DNA of 64,000 bases. It comes from Takakia lepidozioides. Its lineage: Eukaryota; Plantae; Bryophyta. Below are positions 39,730-53,809 of this stretch, one piece after another. Below the pieces are notes generated by a model. The model was not told the origin of the DNA. It was given only the letters and a program-made list of their open reading frames with translations, and did no database searches. Position 1 is the stretch's first letter; every line of letters begins with the position of its first letter. Where the stretch lies: contig CM060733.1 of the NCBI GenBank assembly GCA_030704615.1, positions 28,272,001 through 28,336,000 on the forward strand, read 5' to 3'. The position numbers and the translations under genes were made by a program.

Positions 39730-40949
39730 TCTTTGATGTATGCCGGGTTTCCGGCATGAATGCCATGCATCTCTCTGTTTGCATCCCATACCAAGTTCTT
39801 GCCCCAATGCACACAATTCAGAAATGTGTATGGTAGCCCATCAAATGGGAGGTTGTGTCGATTGTATTCAAAACCTATGGACATCCGATCCTCCAAGCCC
39901 ACCAGCTCATAGAAACGGCGATGGATTGGTGTACGGCATTCTGGGCAAGCGCTCGTCCGCAAGGCTTGCGGGATAAGATATGTGAGATGGAACATATGTC
40001 CACATGATCCAAGCACATGACATCCCTCTAGGCTGTATGGATTCCTATACATCGAACAAACTGTGTCATCTGATATCCATGACGGCAAAATGCCTCGTGG
40101 TATCTCCTCCCTCTGGGCCGGTTTGATGTGGCTGATCATCCTTGTTGTGGTGTCCCACTCTTCCTCTATTTCCAATTCCCAGTTTATGCTTCTGTTCGAC
40201 CCTGAAATTCTGTGCTCACATCGATCGAACATAGAATCCACATCTGCCCAATTGGTATATCCGGCGAACATGCTTGATGCGATGCGGAGATCGTTATACC
40301 TTTGCATGTTGGGATAAATGTTATCCACGCTACGGTTCGACATGCGTGCGACACGTTGCAAGCCTGACAGTGCCCGCTCTACCCTTGCTTCTCTGGAGGC
40401 CAAATGGGTCGCCCATCGTACCCAATTCTCCCAATCGCCATTCAATGGGACCCATGCCCGAATCTCCAACGTTTTGGACAAGCGCCATGCAGTTGCCATG
40501 GCAATGTCCCGCTCCTTTGTAACGCGGTCGAGATCTAATATCGGGTTCATCTCCAATTGAATGGCGACCCTCGAGCATTCCCCCGTTTCCAGTACCGGTT
40601 CTTTTCCTTTCCTCATTCTCTCATCCGCAATTCGTTGTTCCTCAACCATGGTTTCATCGGCCACAGGGTCAAGGATGTCCGTAATCTCGTGAATGATGAG
40701 GTCAATATTGCGATCGGGCATCGCAAACTCCGCGTCCATGTCCACGACATTTGTTCAATCCTCATTGTGGACAACAATGCCTTCATTGTTTGGAGGCATG
40801 TCTTGCAATCTAGCTTCCAACTGGGCTATGCGCAATGTTTGCCAGTCTATTCGGTCTTGTAGGGTCCTGATTCGCTGGTCTCTTTCCGCCAGTTGTTCCT
40901 CTAACGTTGCAGCCGGTTGTATTCCGAACGTGTCCGGGATGTACTCCAA
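39730..40949 (-). CDS. Coiled-coil plus degenerate RING-finger ORF, probably transposon-derived
   Basis: CSMY..CGHMFH..CPECR; short upstream ORF 40755-40949 separated by one stop codon. Confidence 0.55.
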
Positions 40950-41761
40950 ATCGTATAGCAGCCTTGCGTTCCTCCTACTAGCAGTTTGTCAATTTACTGG
41001 ACGCAACAATATGACCTCCACGTACAACATGGCTGCCAAGGTGTACGGGATTTGACCCTACAATGTGCAATGCACCTCATTCGCCCTATGTCGGAAATGC
41101 AAGTTCGTGCAAGACCTGGACTCTGCGTAATTGTTTCGGGTTTGCACATCATACCTATCCAAAGGCCACAATCGATTGATGTGGTACCATTTCACGAATT
41201 TTTTGCATCTCGCCATCGGCCACTGGTACTCTTCCGGAACATCCTCCTAGCCCTCTTCTACTGGTATGCTAGGGTCACCATATTCTTCCCAATTCAAGTC
41301 TTGCCTTGACCCTTTGATTTTCTTAGGGGACGGTACATGTTCATTGGGGTCATCGTTTCCATGACGGTCATCGTCCTGGCCCTCTGCCATTCTACAACAA
41401 TCGGAGCAACACTAAACGAGGATTTCTAATAAGACGTAACTCTAAACCCTTCCCCCGTTAAGTAAGTTTGAGTAGGTGTCAAAATAGTTCATAAAAGCTA
41501 ATTTTGTAGAATAAAATGATTCTGGAAGCCAGAGGAGGGCCTATAGGAGCATTCTGCAACCACCTAACAGAAATCGCGGCAAAAAATACCCCCCACCCAA
41601 CCAATGGTCTCATTCTCCACGTGACTACGTGTCGTGGAATAATGAAATGCCACACACACATAAGTTGTGTGGAGAGGAAGTGAGAGGAGAATGAGCATCT
41701 CTTGGCTTGTATCCCCCCTCCCCTTATTTCTCGGGCCACGTGCAGGGCGAATCTTCTAGAA

Positions 41762-43772
41762 GCAACCGCCAACTTGGCAGTCGCTCAATTTTTGCAGAAA
41801 ATAAAAAAATGAGCAACCGCCAGAACGAGCGTTCGCTCCATTTTCCGGGAAACAAAAAAAAAAAAAAAAAAAAACGGCCACCAGCATAGGCGGTCGCTTC
41901 ATTTTCAAAAAAATCAAAATAAAAGCGACCGTCAGTAATGGCGGTCACCCCATTTCCAAAAATAAAAAAATAAAAGCGACCGCCAGTAATGGCGGTCGCT
42001 TTGATTTTCAAAACAATTAAAATAAAAGCGACCAGCAGTAATGGCGGTCGCTTGATTTTCAAAACAATTAAAATAAAAGCGACCGCCAGTCATGGCGGTC
42101 GCTCCATTTCCAACAAAATTTTAATAAAAGCGACCGCCAGTAGTGGTGGTCGCTGGATTTACAAAAACCAAAAGAATTGTGGCGACCGCCCGTAATGGCG
42201 GTCGCTTTATTTTCAAAAATATTTAAATAAAAGCGACTGTCAGTAATGGCGGTCGCTTCATTTTTATTTTCAAAACAATTAAAATAAAAGCGACCGCCAC
42301 AAATGGCGGTCGCTCCATTACCAACCAAATTTTTAAAAAAACGACCGCCACTAATGGCGGTCGCTGCAATTACAAAAAACAACAATACCGGCGACCGCCC
42401 CTAATTGCGGTCGCTCCATTTTCCTCCATGAAAGAGTATGACGCCTCCCGAAGGAAGCGTAACTTATGGAGTCACTTCACCCCGAAGGGCTACTGCCTTC
42501 CACTAGAAAGGTGGACACCTTCATGACACACCGGATCGTGGTTTGAACCCACAACCACATCCAACGTGGTATGTGCCCATTACCACTGGGCTACATGCTC
42601 CAAGAAACAAAAAAGCGACCGCAAGTAAAGGCGGTCGCTTCATTTCCAAAATAATTAAAATAAAAGCGACCACCAGTAATGGCGGTCGTTTCATTTCAAA
42701 AATAATTAAAATAAAAGCGAACGCCAGTAATGGCGGTCGTCCCAAATAAAAGCGGCTGCCAGTAATGGCGGTCGCTGCATTTTGTAAAAACAAAAACTGC
42801 CAGTAATGGAAGTGAGGGGAGAATGACTGGGGGCTTATATGCCCCCCCCTCCCCCCGCCTCATTCCTCGCTCCACGCGCAGGGCAAACCTCGTAGAAGCG
42901 ACTGCCACCTTGGCGGTCGATCCATTTAAAACCAAAAAAAAATGACCGCCATTTGAGGCGGTCGCTCCATTTCGCCCAAAAAAGAAAAAAAACGACCGCT
43001 AGTACTGGCGGTCGCTGCATTTAAAAAAAGAACAATTACAGCGACCCCCAGTAATGGTGGTCGCTGCATTTATAAAAACAAAAAAAAACTTCAAGCGACC
43101 GGAAGTGAGGGGAGAATGAGCCGGAGCTTATATGCCCCACCCGCCTCACTCCTCGCTCCATGCGCAGGGCACACTTCGTAGAAGCGACCGCCGCCTTGGC
43201 GGTCGCTCCATTTTCATTTTCAAAACAATTAAAATAAAAGCGACCACCATAAATGGCGGTCGCTCCATTTCCAACCAAATTTAAATAAAAGCGACCGCCA
43301 CTAATGGCGGTCGCTACAATTACAAAAACAACAATACCGGCGACCGCCCCTAATGGCGGTCGCTCCATTTTCCTCTAAAAGAACAAAAAAGCGACCGCCA
43401 GTAACGGCGGTCGCTTCATTTCCAAAATAATTAAAATAAAAGCGACCGCCAGTAATGGCGGTCGCTTCATTTCCAAAATAAATAAAATAAAAGCGACCGC
43501 CATGTATATCCCTCCCCCCCTCCTCATTCCTCGCTCCATGCGCATGACAGACCTCGTATAAGCGACCGCCACCTTCGCGGTCGCTCAATTAAAAAAAAAA
43601 AAAACGACCACCAGTAATGGCGGTCGCCCCATTTCCAAAATTAAAAAAATAAAAGCGACCGCCAGAAATGGCGGTCGGGGAGAATGACTGGGAGCTTATA
43701 TGGCCCCCCCCCATTCCTCGCTCCACGCGCAGGGCAAACCTCGTAGAAGCGACCGCCAGCTTGGCGGTCGTT
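41762..43772. repeat. Array of about 30 24-bp palindromes GCGACCGCC-N6-GGCGGTCGC with A-rich spacers
   Basis: Directly visible; dominant period about 51 bp. Confidence 0.95.
42429..42597 (-). mobile_element. Short tRNA-derived SINE-like insertion
   Basis: A-box TAGCCCAGTGG (42583-42593) and B-box GGTTCAAACC (42540-42549) on the minus strand; flanked by a CTCCA duplication; absent from the equivalent array unit near 43375. Confidence 0.65.
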
Positions 43773-43994
43773 TCATTTAAATAAAAATGAATGCACAGTT
43801 GGAAACATGGCATAATTGTTCTCTATTCCAAAATTTTGGCTGGTATACACATGGGCAACATCTTTTATTTTCCAACACATACACAACAGCAATACAAATA
43901 TTCATAGTGACAATGATCACATTGATATTACTTCACTACAAAAATATAAACATGTCTACTAAAATATGATGATGCATGCGTACAGCTATTTTGC

Positions 43995-46900
43995 TTCAAT
44001 TCCTTCTACTGCTTCGACGGTGAGACGAAGAAGATTCTAATCCTAATGCTCCGATGGGTTGAAAATCCGGGTCATCCTCGACTTCACCACCGTTGCCATG
44101 ATCAATGCTGGAATCGTCCTTCCTATCCGACCTCATATGTCTAGGCCTTTGAATCTGCAAGCGACCTCAAACCACATTTAGTTCTCTTTGAGGTCGACTC
44201 CCACTCCGGTCTTGAATACCATCCACGGTATCTGGCCTGTTTGAAGGCCGATCGCCTACAAAAGGTTGGACTGTTCTATGTCGTTTATGGACTTGGGACG
44301 CAATTGAAGGGTCTCGAAGGAGGTACCGGAGGGGGGACTGCCCGAGATGGACCGACATTAGATGGTCCGACATGTGAGGAACCACGAGTCTGCTTCGCAA
44401 CACGTCGGTTAAGGTGGAATTGTAGTGGCAAGTTGTCATCATCCGAGGCTTCAACTTCTGCCCGATCCAATGCAGCAGAATGATGTGTGCGTGTGGAAAA
44501 CAGATCAACCCTGTTGCTCCTTAATGCCCGCTGTGTTGATGGGGAGCTGGATCGGTTTTGGCATTGTGGTGGAGCTGATTGTATCGGTGAGGCATGATCC
44601 CGTCCTGTCGACTGTACAATGGGTTCGACACCATCGTTTGTATGAACATGGTTGCATACGTCGATCGGTCCTGGCAGTACATCACCCCTAAGCTCCATTG
44701 GGGCACTACCGGTGGTTTCAGCGTGTAGTGGAGGACAAGGGTCGACCCCAACTTCATTTTGAGAACCATGTTCTGGGGATGATACGATTGCAGCTTCATC
44801 TTCATCTGCGATATGCATTTCTTCAAGAAGGTCATCAAAGGTCGGATGGATATAAGCATCATCCTCTGTGAATGTAAACGGGTCATATGCATTTTCAGGA
44901 GCATCATCGGATCTATCTTCACTATCGGAGGTACATGATTCCCTCTGAGATGATTCTCTCTGAGGCTCAGTATCGTCACTCATCAAATCAGCCTCAGAAG
45001 CAGAGTCTTCGGAATGCAAATTCCTCTCATACCATGCTGCAGCATCATCCGCTGTCTTCTCACGTAGCAGTCGGCAATTGATATACACATACACCAATTT
45101 GTCAGCCCTCGCGAGATTCAACCTGTTGCGAATATTGTTGTTAACAAATGAGTAACTGCTCCAATTGCGTTCGCAAGATGAGGCAGAGCACACTTGAGCA
45201 AGAATACGCTTCGCAATGGGAGTCAATGTTCTTGCTTTAACTTCAATCAGATCCCACCATTCATATGGCAACATATTGAGCTCTTTTGGAATCCGACATG
45301 TCCTCAAAAGGGTCGTGGCGATCTGAGAAGCATTGGTACTCGGATATAGCTCTCTCTGCATGGTTCGGCGGAGCCAGTGGCATGAGCATTCGCACGAGGC
45401 CGGCCTTGGCATTTGCGTCGTCTCGGAGCATGGTATTGTCGAGCAAGAATGGATTGAGCAAAACCCCGCATAATGCAAGTCCGTTCGAAGCATCGAACGA
45501 CGGTCGTAAAATGCATCATCAGCACTGTCCGCAAGTTCAGGTTCCAAGGAGAAGGGAGGATGCCTCAAGGATTGGATGTGCTTATCAAGATTTTGCATTA
45601 GTAACCATGTCTTGCCCATTACTGGTTGCTTTCCATCAAACTCCCGCAAGACGATTAACACCGGCTCTACCATATAAACAAAGTTTTCACATTTCTTCCA
45701 GAAATCATCGTTGCGAATGTTATTTCGAACTTTTTGACTTTTGCCCAATGACTTGGCTTATCTAGAGTCCCGCAATGTCTGTGTGTACGCATCCCATTGA
45801 GAATCAATGATGGTGTGCTCCAGACTACTCGTCACCGTCACCAACTGATCCACCATTAAGAAGTTAGTGGCAAAACGAGTTTCGCCTGGATTGCGGAGGC
45901 TGTATTTGGCTTCGTGCCTCCTATATATTGCCAAAGGGATGTGGTGTGTGCGGATGAACGACACAACAGTCTTCGGTCGCTTGACAAGTTGTTTCACCCA
46001 CTATTCTTTTCCCCAATCTTCCAAAAGGAGGTCAAGGATATGAGCAGCACAACCTTGATAATACATATGGGGATAACGTGCCAACAACATGTCTGCAGTG
46101 TTTTCCATGTTAGCGGCATTGTCTGTGCATATTTGCACGATTCTATCACTTCCGATCTGTTCGATGAAGTCTGTCAATAGTTGGCATTGATAACGTCCAT
46201 CTTTCTTCTCGTCGCTAGTGTCGACCGATCTCAAGAATTGTTCCCCAGCTGGACATACGAGCATGACATTGAACAACGGTATGTTTGTAATAGAACTCCA
46301 ACCATCGGCACATATAGTGCTTCCATATTTTCTGATGCACACGTCCATCCTATCGTTGACCTTTTGGGTAAGCTCGGTCATGACGTCTTCTAGCAATCAT
46401 ATGCAAAGATTGTGATAAGTCGGAGGCACGTACGTGGATCTGGACTCCGAGGTTGCTTTAACGGCAGAAACAAATGCCGGAAGCCTTGCCACATTAAATG
46501 GTATGTTGGCCTCGAAGAAAAACTGCGCCCATTTTTTTATCCAACTGTATTTTCGCAGACAAGTTAAGACCTTTCTGCATGGATTACTGTCGTAATCTTC
46601 TACTCCGTTGAAGTGTAGGGGTACAAAGAGATGTTGAAGCAGATATTGCTCCAGCACAACCCACTTGTCCAAGGACACCCGAAGCCTCACAAGAGTCGCC
46701 CTGGGTACTAATCGGGGCATCCTGACGGGAAGATGGAGTGTTCTGCTCAGAGGTCATGTCCAGATCCAAAGACATTGGAATATTGCCTCCACACTGGGCA
46801 AAGTGGTTTTTTACCCGCATAGATGCTTTAGGGCTTAAACCCACCCCAGCGCTCTTCACACCTTTATAGCCGAGATAAGCGAGCAACCGATCCTTACGAT

Positions 46901-47030
46901 AAAAACATTTTAATCCACATAGGTTGCAGTCAACAGAGTGCAATGCGATAGCCCAACATTTCTACACCTGTCAGCAACCCAAGTGGGTCGATGTGGGTTG
47001 TAGTGTTGAGCTTATACACAATCTGCTGAA
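43995..47030 (-). pseudogene. hAT-family transposase (BED-like finger, DUF659 core, dimerisation domain), decayed
   Basis: CNLC..KDRLLAYL; FFEANIPFNVA; ICADGWS; ICTDNAANM; CAAHILDLLLED; ETRFATNF; CSASSCERNWS. Confidence 0.92.
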
Positions 47031-47635
47031 GTGCTTTGGTGGAAGCCACAACGGCAAAAGGTGCGCACCCTCCTCTTGGGCTACACTCTCGTTCAATGGA
47101 AGAGAACATAAAAAACAACCTCAAGTGTTTGCGCCAAAAGAAGTGAGGAGTTTGGTGACCCTCCTCCCTTATATATGATCCAAGAAGGATGAAAGTGAAA
47201 TCAAAGCTTCTACGTTGCCACCTCCACAACTCCACATGCTTCCATAGGCCTAGTTTGATCTTTCAAGGTGCTCTTGTATGTTTGGCTACAACCTCCCTTC
47301 CATGGTATGCGCCGGCGCATATGCTTGGAGCTCCTTGAGCAAAAATTTCTTCAAGGGCCTCAAATCTTGTCAATTTTTGAGTTGGTTGCACATATATGTC
47401 ATATGCGCCGGTGTAGGTGGTCGGAGGTCCTTTGTCGGGATGCTCAGGCCTGTATTCTACTCCAAGTTGTAAGCTTTGAAAGACAAGGATATTCATGGAA
47501 TTAGTTGACTATCCAAATTCATTTGTTTTCTTCATGCAACCATGACACTGAACTGCTCTTTTTACATATTATACATTCACACATGTGCTCTTCTCATACA
47601 CTGACATCTTGAACTGTTTTGGTCTATGGAATTAG

Positions 47636-50600
47636 GAAAATACTACTACAACTGAAGCTGTGGAGGCCGGGACACTTGCAACCATTATTGACGACATTGA
47701 TGCAGGGAATTGGGGGGCAGATGAGTATGAAGAGGATACAACATCTAGTGATCCTCTTTCTCTAGATGCCAAACAGGCAATTATTCTGGAAAAGAAACAA
47801 GATCTGAATGTAACTTTCAGGTCCCTCCTCATTGAGGATGGAGTTATGGACATTCCATTGTGTCGCATGATTTCTATGCAGGTTGTTAGGCCCGCCCTTG
47901 CCAACAACATTCTAAAGCTTAGAGGAGACTTCTATTCTGGATACCATCCAGGAGCAGCCGTGTTCTATGTTTCTGTTGAGGGGATTGATGGATCTACTAT
48001 AGATGTAGGTCCTGATATCATCTCTACATGGGATAGTCATTGGAAAACAGTCAATGATGAGTTTGAGAAGTATCTTGAGTCCAAGCCAAAGTTGCATCAT
48101 CTTCGGGGGAAGATGTTTCATGTCTGGGATGGGAATCATAGGCTTCAAGCATGGTATCCCTATATCAATGAAGTTCATGGGGCCAACTTGTCAAGACATG
48201 TCTGTGTGACAAGTTGGGTGCTCAATGCGGACATTGAAAATCGTGGTTCCCTCAGGTCCATCATGGATGGAGTGAATGTGTGAGTTTCCTTTCTATTCTT
48301 CATTTACTTTCATGTTCAATGTTGTCATGTTCTTGCTCAATGGATGTACATATACACATCTTCTTTCTAATGATCATATTTTATATGTGCAGGGCAACAG
48401 AGAGGGCATATGTTACATCCAAATTTGTGCACTTGGTTTGCAAGGTCAATATGATTGGCCTTACACCTGTCTCTGAATGGAAGAATGTATTGAGGAAAGA
48501 GCAATACGACGAATGCATCAAGAAAGCAGGAAAGACTTGGTATAACCTAACAGTCCATGCAATGACAGAGATTTTGTACAAGGTAACATCATGTCTTAAC
48601 CAAGTTTCATTCTTTGCATCCATAGACAAGATTCACCTCTAGTTCATGTTATGAACTGTTTTGGTTCTTTTGGCAGCATGATATTGTTGAGGCCCAACGC
48701 ATGGCGGGGGAAGCTTACAAACTTGCTGAGGGGCCAAAGAGTCAAGAGGGCCTTGAAGATACAATGAGATAGGCTGGATTGAAAGTAAGGGAGCAACACA
48801 AGAGTCAGCTTGTGAAGTTGCTTCCTATTGCTGATCCAACCCTTGGAGAGGGGTTTCTCCAAGAACTTAAACTGCATTGGTCACGTGTAAAGGCAGGATC
48901 AGAGGAAATGACCCAAGAGAAAATGGTGAACATTGCTACCGCCCGGGTGGATCCTGAAGAAAATGTGGAATGGCTACATATATGGAATGGAGACCAAACA
49001 CTTCACGACCGTAATTTTTTTCCACCCGGGCCTATCAGTGGGCCAACACTTGATCCTTGGCTGAATAGAAGGACTTTTTGGTGGCAGGTACATATACAAT
49101 CACTATCTTCTCAATGCAATTAATTCATTTTGTTGATGACACATTAACATAGTTATTTAACTGATTGTATTTTCTGGCAGCTTCGCAAGGTTGCCTTGGC
49201 TCAGTTTGCCTTGTACACCACTCAGCTTGGCCAATTTCATGTTGCCTTGGAGGAAGGAGAGAGTGAGAGTCTGGGAGACTACATGGATACATGGAAGATG
49301 ACTCATTTCAATGAGTTGTTTCATAGAGAGTTCTCATTGCCAAAGGGGCCATTCAGAGGCAATGATTGGGAACAACAAACAGGTGGGGAAAAGGTGGTGG
49401 GACGGATTTTATTCAGGTACCATCTTTCCATTGCATTGTACATGGATAGTGTATATACCTTGTAAGTCAAAAATGTCTATGCTTCAAGTATTTTTCTAGT
49501 ACATTGGAATATACATGTTTCTTAATGTGCTTGTTCAATTGTTGAACAGGTTGCATAAATATTTGTCTCCACAATAACTTTGAATGTATTTGTATTTTAG
49601 GTACATGAGATTTGTGCTTGTACCGAGTGATGGATTTAAGGCTGAGCCCAAGTTTCTGATGGCTTGGAAGTTTGGTGCTCAACAAGCTTCCATGTACACA
49701 CCTGCAATTGAGGAAGATTGGGGTGTGGAACACCGGGAAGGGGGGGGGTGGTATTTGGATATGCCCAAGGGTACTATCCCCTATGCAGAAATGGGACTTC
49801 ATAAGGAATGTGTTCGCAGGCAGTCAGTGAGTGATGAAGGGGGTATCTCCACTGAAGTCCTTGTTCTTGATCTGGAGCATGCAGAATAGATTGCTACACA
49901 GGCCGCTGACGCTGTAGCCCAAGTGGTCCCTGCCGTTGTGGGTGTACCAAAACGCAAATCACGAAAAAAAAAAGGTGCGGATGTCAATGTAGGTGTGGCC
50001 CCCAATGCAGGTGTGGCTTCTATTGCTGGTCCTATTGGTAGTTCTTCACATCCTTCAAATCAGTTGGTTGTAGTGCCTGCACCTACTACTCGAGGAAACA
50101 AGCCAAAGGCAGGCGAACATCCTTACAGTGCAGTGTCATTTTCTGGTGGTGCACCTAGCATGTATCGCATGAAGATCATGCCTACTCATTTCATTGATAT
50201 GGTGGAGGCCTCAAGCACATCTCCTGATGCGACCTTGAAAGAGCTCATGGAGTTCTTAAAAAATATGAGTTTCCCCCAACAAACAAACTTGAATGTAAGG
50301 AATTCTTCGATGTTTTTATATCCTCATCATCCGGCTATTGACTCCTACATTTTCTGTATGTTGTTTGCAGTTGCCAGGAACTTGGTCTAGTGTTGTGGAT
50401 GGAAAAAGCGTGCATGTGGCTGTGGACATGATCATCGTGGACTGCCCAACAGGAATGCATGTACAGGGCTGTTTGGATGGTGTACAGGTTCCTCCCTGGA
50501 ATGCTTTTGATAAACGGTATTGGGAGTATGCATTCTCCATTGCTAATGACCTGTTGGATGACAATGGATGCTTGGTGTTCTTGTAGGGCTCCGATGATTC

Positions 50601-51776
50601 CTTTGCATTGGAGCTCTTTTCTTACTCCAGGGGCAGCTCTATTTCCGTATTATCAAGGAAATATACTTGCATCAATACCACCCCTCTACACACTCAGACA
50701 GGAAAGGTAAAAATCATCCCTCTTCAATATCTCATTGTTTGATGTTTCATCTTCCTACTCTCATACATATTATTAAACCATCCGGGTGCACTGTTTTTGT
50801 GGAAATGGCACGTCTAATAGACCATGTTCTTCCACGCCCTTGTCCTCACCAAGCAAGGAGGACTATTCAAACTGCGTGAGTCTGGCAAAGTTGTGGACCC
50901 CCTTGCAGACCCTGTTGAGTTGGATGCCATCTACAACCACATTCCAGATGTTGCACTACCCATGCAAACTCCTCAACAAGCCTGGAGGGATGCGCGAGAC
51001 CGTAGTCCCGCCTTCATGCAAGTGTTGTTGGAGACATGCTCACCTCCTGGCTCCCGCATTTTGGATCTCACAGCTGGCACAGGTTTGCATTGGTCTCCAT
51101 TTTGTAATTAAAATCTTCTGAGCTGATTCATGATCATTAACTGTTATCCGATATAATATCATCATTGCACGTTTTTTTCCTGCAGGTTCTACATTTATTG
51201 CTGCCCGCGAGTCTGGACGTCATGTATTTGGTCTTGAGGGGGACCAAACGTTGTATGCAGCACGTCTCTCTGCACTTCAAAATACTCAACCCGTTTTGGT
51301 TTCATCTGTGGTAACTCCAACCATTCAACGTCCTGTGAGTTTGTTGGAACCCTCCGCTCCTAAGGTGGCGCGCAAGCTTGGTCTTCATCTCGGCAGTACT
51401 TCCTAGTGAGTATGTCTCGCCTCCATTCCCTTTGTTGCAATCTCAAAGCAAACCATTCCCATTTGATTTGTTAACATAAGTATACATGTATGTGTGATGC
51501 AGTGATGGGATTGTACGGACCATCTACGATAGTCTACCCCAAAGTCCTCTTTCATCATTTTATCTACCTTCGTATGCCGAGTCCCAAGCTTTGCATTCAA
51601 TACATCAACAACGTGATGTAGGTCTTTCCAATGATCTGTTGTTTGACCGAAGAGCAGCTATTGTTGGACAATCCGTGGATAGGTTGCGTAGAGTTGAGGC
51701 TTTCATGGATGTGTATGCCTCTGAATCACAGGCTTATGACACGGATGATGAAGTATCAGCTGATGATGTTATGTAG
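47636..51776 (+). pseudogene. Second ParB/Srx-like plus N6A/N4C methyltransferase-like gene; several stops; 5' exon(s) unresolved
   Basis: DIPLCRMISMQVVRP; VWDGNHR (~48128); MIIVDCPTG (~50440); RSPAFMQVLLETCSPPGSRILDLTAGTG/STFIAARESGRHVFGLEGD; intron positions match the 6784-12420 gene. Confidence 0.82.
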
Positions 51777-53809
51777 GTAATTAGAAATTACATATACAAT
51801 ACATTGTCCTCATTGTCAGTCCGAATTTTTTGTTATTTTTTATGATACATGTATTTCTCTCTAGTGTAAGGTAAAACAAATGGGGCAAATGACATGGTGT
51901 TGAAATCAGATTTCATGTTGATTTATCTATGTAATAGTTTGTACATAGATCTCTACTGCATTTCATAGATCCCTTTACCTTAATGCAAGTTCGACATGCA
52001 CTTCAGCACTATCAAATCTCATCATTAGTAAGATCAACCCTTATGAGGATTGTGGCATGTTATGTACACACAGGGTGACTATCTTTATCTCATTAGTGTT
52101 TCATTTCATTAGTGTTTCAAGTCTGAATGGGTAGTGTAGTGATATGAACTAGGCTTGGTACCCGATAGGTTGTGGGTTCTATCTCTGATGGACATTATGT
52201 TTTTGTAAAATAAAAATATTTCAGAAGATAGATATATAGATACTGCAAAACCTATGTAACAAGCTCCCTAGTATTGTCAAGCTCCCTAGCATTCCCTTAG
52301 CATTGCTCCATTCGGAACTTCAAACTAGACTCCCACCATTGGAAGAGCCCGTACCTTCACCATTTGTATCTAACAAAGAGCCGTGCCTCGTCACTTTTTA
52401 ATTTTTCGACCTTTTTTCTCATGTTGGAAAGCCATAAAAGCAACATATTCCTCTCCCATTCCTATACTCACCCATGTGGAATAATAATACAATGAATATG
52501 GAATATTCTATATAGAATATTCTTATTCCATCCTTTGATATTTTGACTATGGACCCTAAGATTAGATGAATCACAATTTTATTTTATTTTTTGGGTACCC
52601 TTATTTAAGTGTTGTACATATAAAATTGTTCCTATGCATATCTAAAATTTGTATGCACGCATACATTCCTCCATATGCATGCATTTGTGTGCGCATATAG
52701 TATAGGCTACCTCCAGCCGGGGTGTTATTGGGGGCAGCCACCTCTTTGTGTCAAGCCCCACTGTTCTCGGCAACCATGATTGCGACGCCGGGGGTAAGAC
52801 CAGCTGCAGTGTTCACACTAGCAGCAACACCCTACGAGAGTGGGGAGGTCACTTCATCTTCTGCGGAGTTACTGGAAGGTGTAGTGGCAGAGGGATCATC
52901 ATATTTTAGGGTCAAGACTGCCACGGCTGCGCCGTGGCAAGCTGCAGCTGCCAGGTTGACGGAGCTGCCAGCTAGGCCAGCCTTTGAGCGCGCCATGGTG
53001 ACACCTGGAGTTGTCTTGTTAGACAACCAAGGAGACATTTTCACTTTGAGTGGACCGGCAGGCAAGAAGTACCGGCCACTGCGGGTCTTGTTAGACTCAG
53101 GAGCTCAGCCACTGATATTGGGCAGAGCTGCTATTGCAGGTTTGGGCCTCATGGAGGCGGATATGGAGCCTTGTCCTTTCCAGATACAGCCATCTCTGGG
53201 AGGATCAAAGCAGGCTCGGGGCATGACACGGGCGTGAGTTGGCCATTGGACTACAACCAAATCATCCTGTAGATGGCTCAGTGATGCGAGCCAAGGCCAT
53301 TGTGACAGACGCGGTCTCTTACGATGTCCTTGTGGGTGGGGCAATGTTATATCTCATGGGCTTCACCCTGGACTTTTGGGAGGAGTCACCATCCTACAGG
53401 CCTGGATGGCAGTCAGGGGATGGTCGTCGTGCACAGCTCCCTGTGACATTCATTGGGGGTATTGCGGCTGCCCAGCGGGGCAAGATGCCAACACTAGCCG
53501 CCTTTACAGCTGTAGTTAGTTGGCCTGGAGTGTTGCAGGAAGGCAATGCCCATGCAGAGGATGTGCCACCTCCAGCAGAGCAGGATGACATGCATGGTAC
53601 GGCGGAGTTGCCTGCCATGGTTGCTCACACTCCATTATGGGGTACAAGCAAGGATTTGTAGCAGGCTGCTGATAGACGGGTACAACAAGCCTAGGTAGAG
53701 GCCTTCGTATCGTCATGAGAAGAGGAGAGTGCGGTGATTGCACCAGGACCACCTCAGTTGTCGCCATTGGACACCACACCTCTTGTGTGGCAGTGCCCGG
53801 ATGAAGGCA

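Noticed and set aside
41762-43772. CRISPR array or protein-coding repeats (many short ORFs)
   Set aside because: Spacers are repetitive A-tracts, and the ORFs are translations of the repeat
51851-51866. TTTCTCTCTAGTG as the partner terminus of CACTA-1
   Set aside because: Only a short match, no AACCACT subterminal repeats, and the flanking 3 bp do not match GAT
52120-52195. tRNA-like A/B box sequence
   Set aside because: Too degenerate to fold or to delimit
52501-52522. Perfect palindrome GAATATTCTATATAGAATATTC
   Set aside because: Single AT-rich copy, unrelated to the arrayed motifs
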